IMG/VR virus record: IMGVR_UViG_3300045988_083067
Length of the DNA: 6,253 nucleotides
Reading direction: 5' to 3' (one strand)
DNA from: a virus
Numbering within the stretch: the stretch's first letter is position 1; every line of letters starts with the position of its first letter. A program made the translations under genes and the position numbers. Positions 4,985 through 6,253 of the stretch are shown in pieces. The notes below the pieces were generated by a model that saw nothing but the letters and a program-made list of their open reading frames with translations, did not search any database and was not told the DNA's origin.

Positions 4985-5466
4985 TACTCAGTAGAAGCAG
5001 CATCAGCGGAAGCAGCAGCCGCTTTTTCTGCTTCTTGTTCAGCATTTTTAGCATCAATTAATTCTTGAACTTGAGATTCAAGACGCTCAGCATAAGCCGA
5101 CAAATCCTTAGACCAGGCAATAATTTCAGAGGGAGACTGAACATGACGGGAACGAACCGTTGACAAAAGGTCATCATCAGACATCGTATCCATTACTTGC
5201 TGAATCTGGGAAACAGACTGTTTACCTTGTCCAAACTTAGAAGCAACAGCAATACCGGCACGAGAAGCAAGGTCCTTGGTATGAAGAATCAAACGGATAT
5301 CAGAAGTATAACGCACAGGACGAGATTCATCAGTATCATCAACCTCTACACGAAGCTGCTCGGTAGAATCAAATTCGGGAGCAACTGCAAAAGCATCCGG
5401 CTCAATATTAGGAATAAGTCCAGAACCTTGTTCCAAACTATTCAAATCATTAAATTTTCCAATCAT
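4984..5466 (-). CDS. Acidic 160-aa protein; positional candidate for internal scaffolding protein (VP3 / phiX174 B analogue)
   Basis: It lies between VP1 and VP2 and is strongly acidic (DDTDES, MSDDD). The C-terminus is helical and charged (LESQVQELIDAKNAEQEAEKAAAASADAASTE). Third positions are T-rich. I recognise no diagnostic motif, so the function is assigned by position and composition only. Confidence 0.6.
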   Translation of the reverse strand: MIGKFNDLNSLEQGSGLIPNIEPDAFAVAPEFDSTEQLRVEVDDTDESRPVRYTSDIRLILHTKDLASRAGIAVASKFGQGKQSVSQIQQVMDTMSDDDLLSTVRSRHVQSPSEIIAWSKDLSAYAERLESQVQELIDAKNAEQEAEKAAAASADAASTE

Positions 5467-5480
5467 AAATAAAACAATTT

Positions 5481-6253
5481 TTAATAAGGAACACCATCAC
5501 GAGACAAATTACGGGCAACATGGCAACCAATATAAGAATTAATCAATAACTGATCAGTATCCCAGGTAGAATCAGCACTCACACCAAATATAGGATCAAG
5601 AACAGAGGGGTTAACCTTAAAGAACTTGTAGTTCAAAACAACTCTATTATCCTCATTAATATCACCTTCATTGTATCCAAAACCAAACCATCCGGAAAGA
5701 AGAGATTCTGTGACAGGAGAAACCCAAGACTTAAGAGTAGTAGTAAAAGCACCATTGATAACATCAAGCTTAGTTTTCCAATTAAAATAACGAGGGTTAT
5801 ACCCAGCGTTAAACAGATTGACTACAGAAGCTTTTGGAGAATTGAAAATTTGTGTCATAGGAAGAACTTCCATACCAATGTTATCAAACTCAGGAATCGG
5901 AAGAGACTCAGCATCAGTAACCAATAACTGTCCATCCTGACCGGTCAAAGTATAATCAAGAAGAGGAACAGCATGATAAATACACATAACAACACAATGC
6001 TCATTAGTGGTATATTCAAAAGTTCCATTACCAGCACCAACACCTTTACCGGCAATAACAGCAGTATCACCATCAGCAGCAAGGTTATTATTAACAACTT
6101 CACTGATATCAAGATTACGAGAAATACCACCAATATAGGTACACAAATTGGAAAGAGCTTGGGGCAAGTTCACACCAAAGTGTTTACGAATTTGTTCGCG
6201 GTAGTCACTATCACCAGACTGACTGATTTCTTTCCAACGTTGAAGAGCTTCAG
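5481..6253 (-). CDS. VP1: Major capsid protein VP1, C-terminal part (6199-6253 duplicates 1-55); joined protein is 615 aa
   Basis: Track ORF 5481-6173 is the C-terminal 230 aa. Its listed first residue is really an internal GTG (Val). The frame stays open upstream to 6253 (...RWKEISQSGDSDYREQIRKHFG-VNLPQALSNL...). The low coordinate of each codon is 0 mod 3 in both parts. The stop is TAA at 5483-5481. Confidence 0.9.
   Translation of the reverse strand, partial: EALQRWKEISQSGDSDYREQIRKHFGVNLPQALSNLCTYIGGISRNLDISEVVNNNLAADGDTAVIAGKGVGAGNGTFEYTTNEHCVVMCIYHAVPLLDYTLTGQDGQLLVTDAESLPIPEFDNIGMEVLPMTQIFNSPKASVVNLFNAGYNPRYFNWKTKLDVINGAFTTTLKSWVSPVTESLLSGWFGFGYNEGDINEDNRVVLNYKFFKVNPSVLDPIFGVSADSTWDTDQLLINSYIGCHVARNLSRDGVPY
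6199..6253. repeat. Terminal direct repeat, copy 2 (duplicate of 1-55)
   Basis: Exact 55/55 identity with 1-55. The offset of 6198 is divisible by 3, so the VP1 frame is preserved across the junction. Confidence 0.95.

Larger units (their letters stand above)
1..6198 (-). other. Complete circular Microviridae (ssDNA phage) genome unit, 6198 nt, all genes on the minus strand
   Basis: The 55-nt terminal redundancy closes the circle. The gene set is VP1 (F-like capsid), VP2 (pilot) and VP4 (HUH Rep) plus small ORFs, with no separate spike or tail genes. Size and compact single-strand coding are typical of Microviridae. Subfamily (Alpavirinae-like) and Bacteroidetes host are inference. Confidence 0.85.

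Overview
This window is one complete, circularly permuted ssDNA-phage genome of the family Microviridae. Bases 1-55 are identical to bases 6199-6253 (an assembly overlap), so the real unit is a 6198-nt circle. Every credible gene is on the minus strand, and the genes are tightly packed (ATGA and TAATG start/stop overlaps, 3-17 nt spacers). In sense order they are: (1) major capsid protein VP1, 615 aa, which starts at 1130, runs off the left edge, resumes at 6198 and stops at 5481; it is missing from the ORF track only because it crosses the window boundary. (2) A 160-aa acidic protein in the scaffold position. (3) The VP2 pilot/minor capsid protein. (4) A 468-nt non-coding region. (5) Two small ORFs. 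(6) A 102-aa Peptidase_M15-like (LAS zinc peptidase) protein. (7) A 572-aa VP4 rolling-circle replication initiator with HUH and YxxxY motifs. The gene set, the large VP1 and VP4, the absence of Shine-Dalgarno sequences and a TTTG / TAnnTTTG promoter point to an Alpavirinae-like microvirus of a Bacteroidetes host; this is inference, since no database search was possible. Three things deserve a second look. First, the only long non-coding region (3428-3895) is bipartite: a ~19% GC promoter-bearing part, then a ~47% GC, ~355-nt part packed with verified hairpins, phased 8-nt direct repeats and mutually exclusive helices. Second, the M15-like peptidase sits directly downstream of a tiny single-TM ORF, which could be a two-component lysis cassette in a family best known for single-gene lysis. 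Third, 3175-3427 needs re-annotation: an unlisted 57-codon ORF fits better than the listed 62-aa ORF. All plus-strand ORFs and all nested same-strand ORFs in the track are explained as frame artefacts of third-position T bias.
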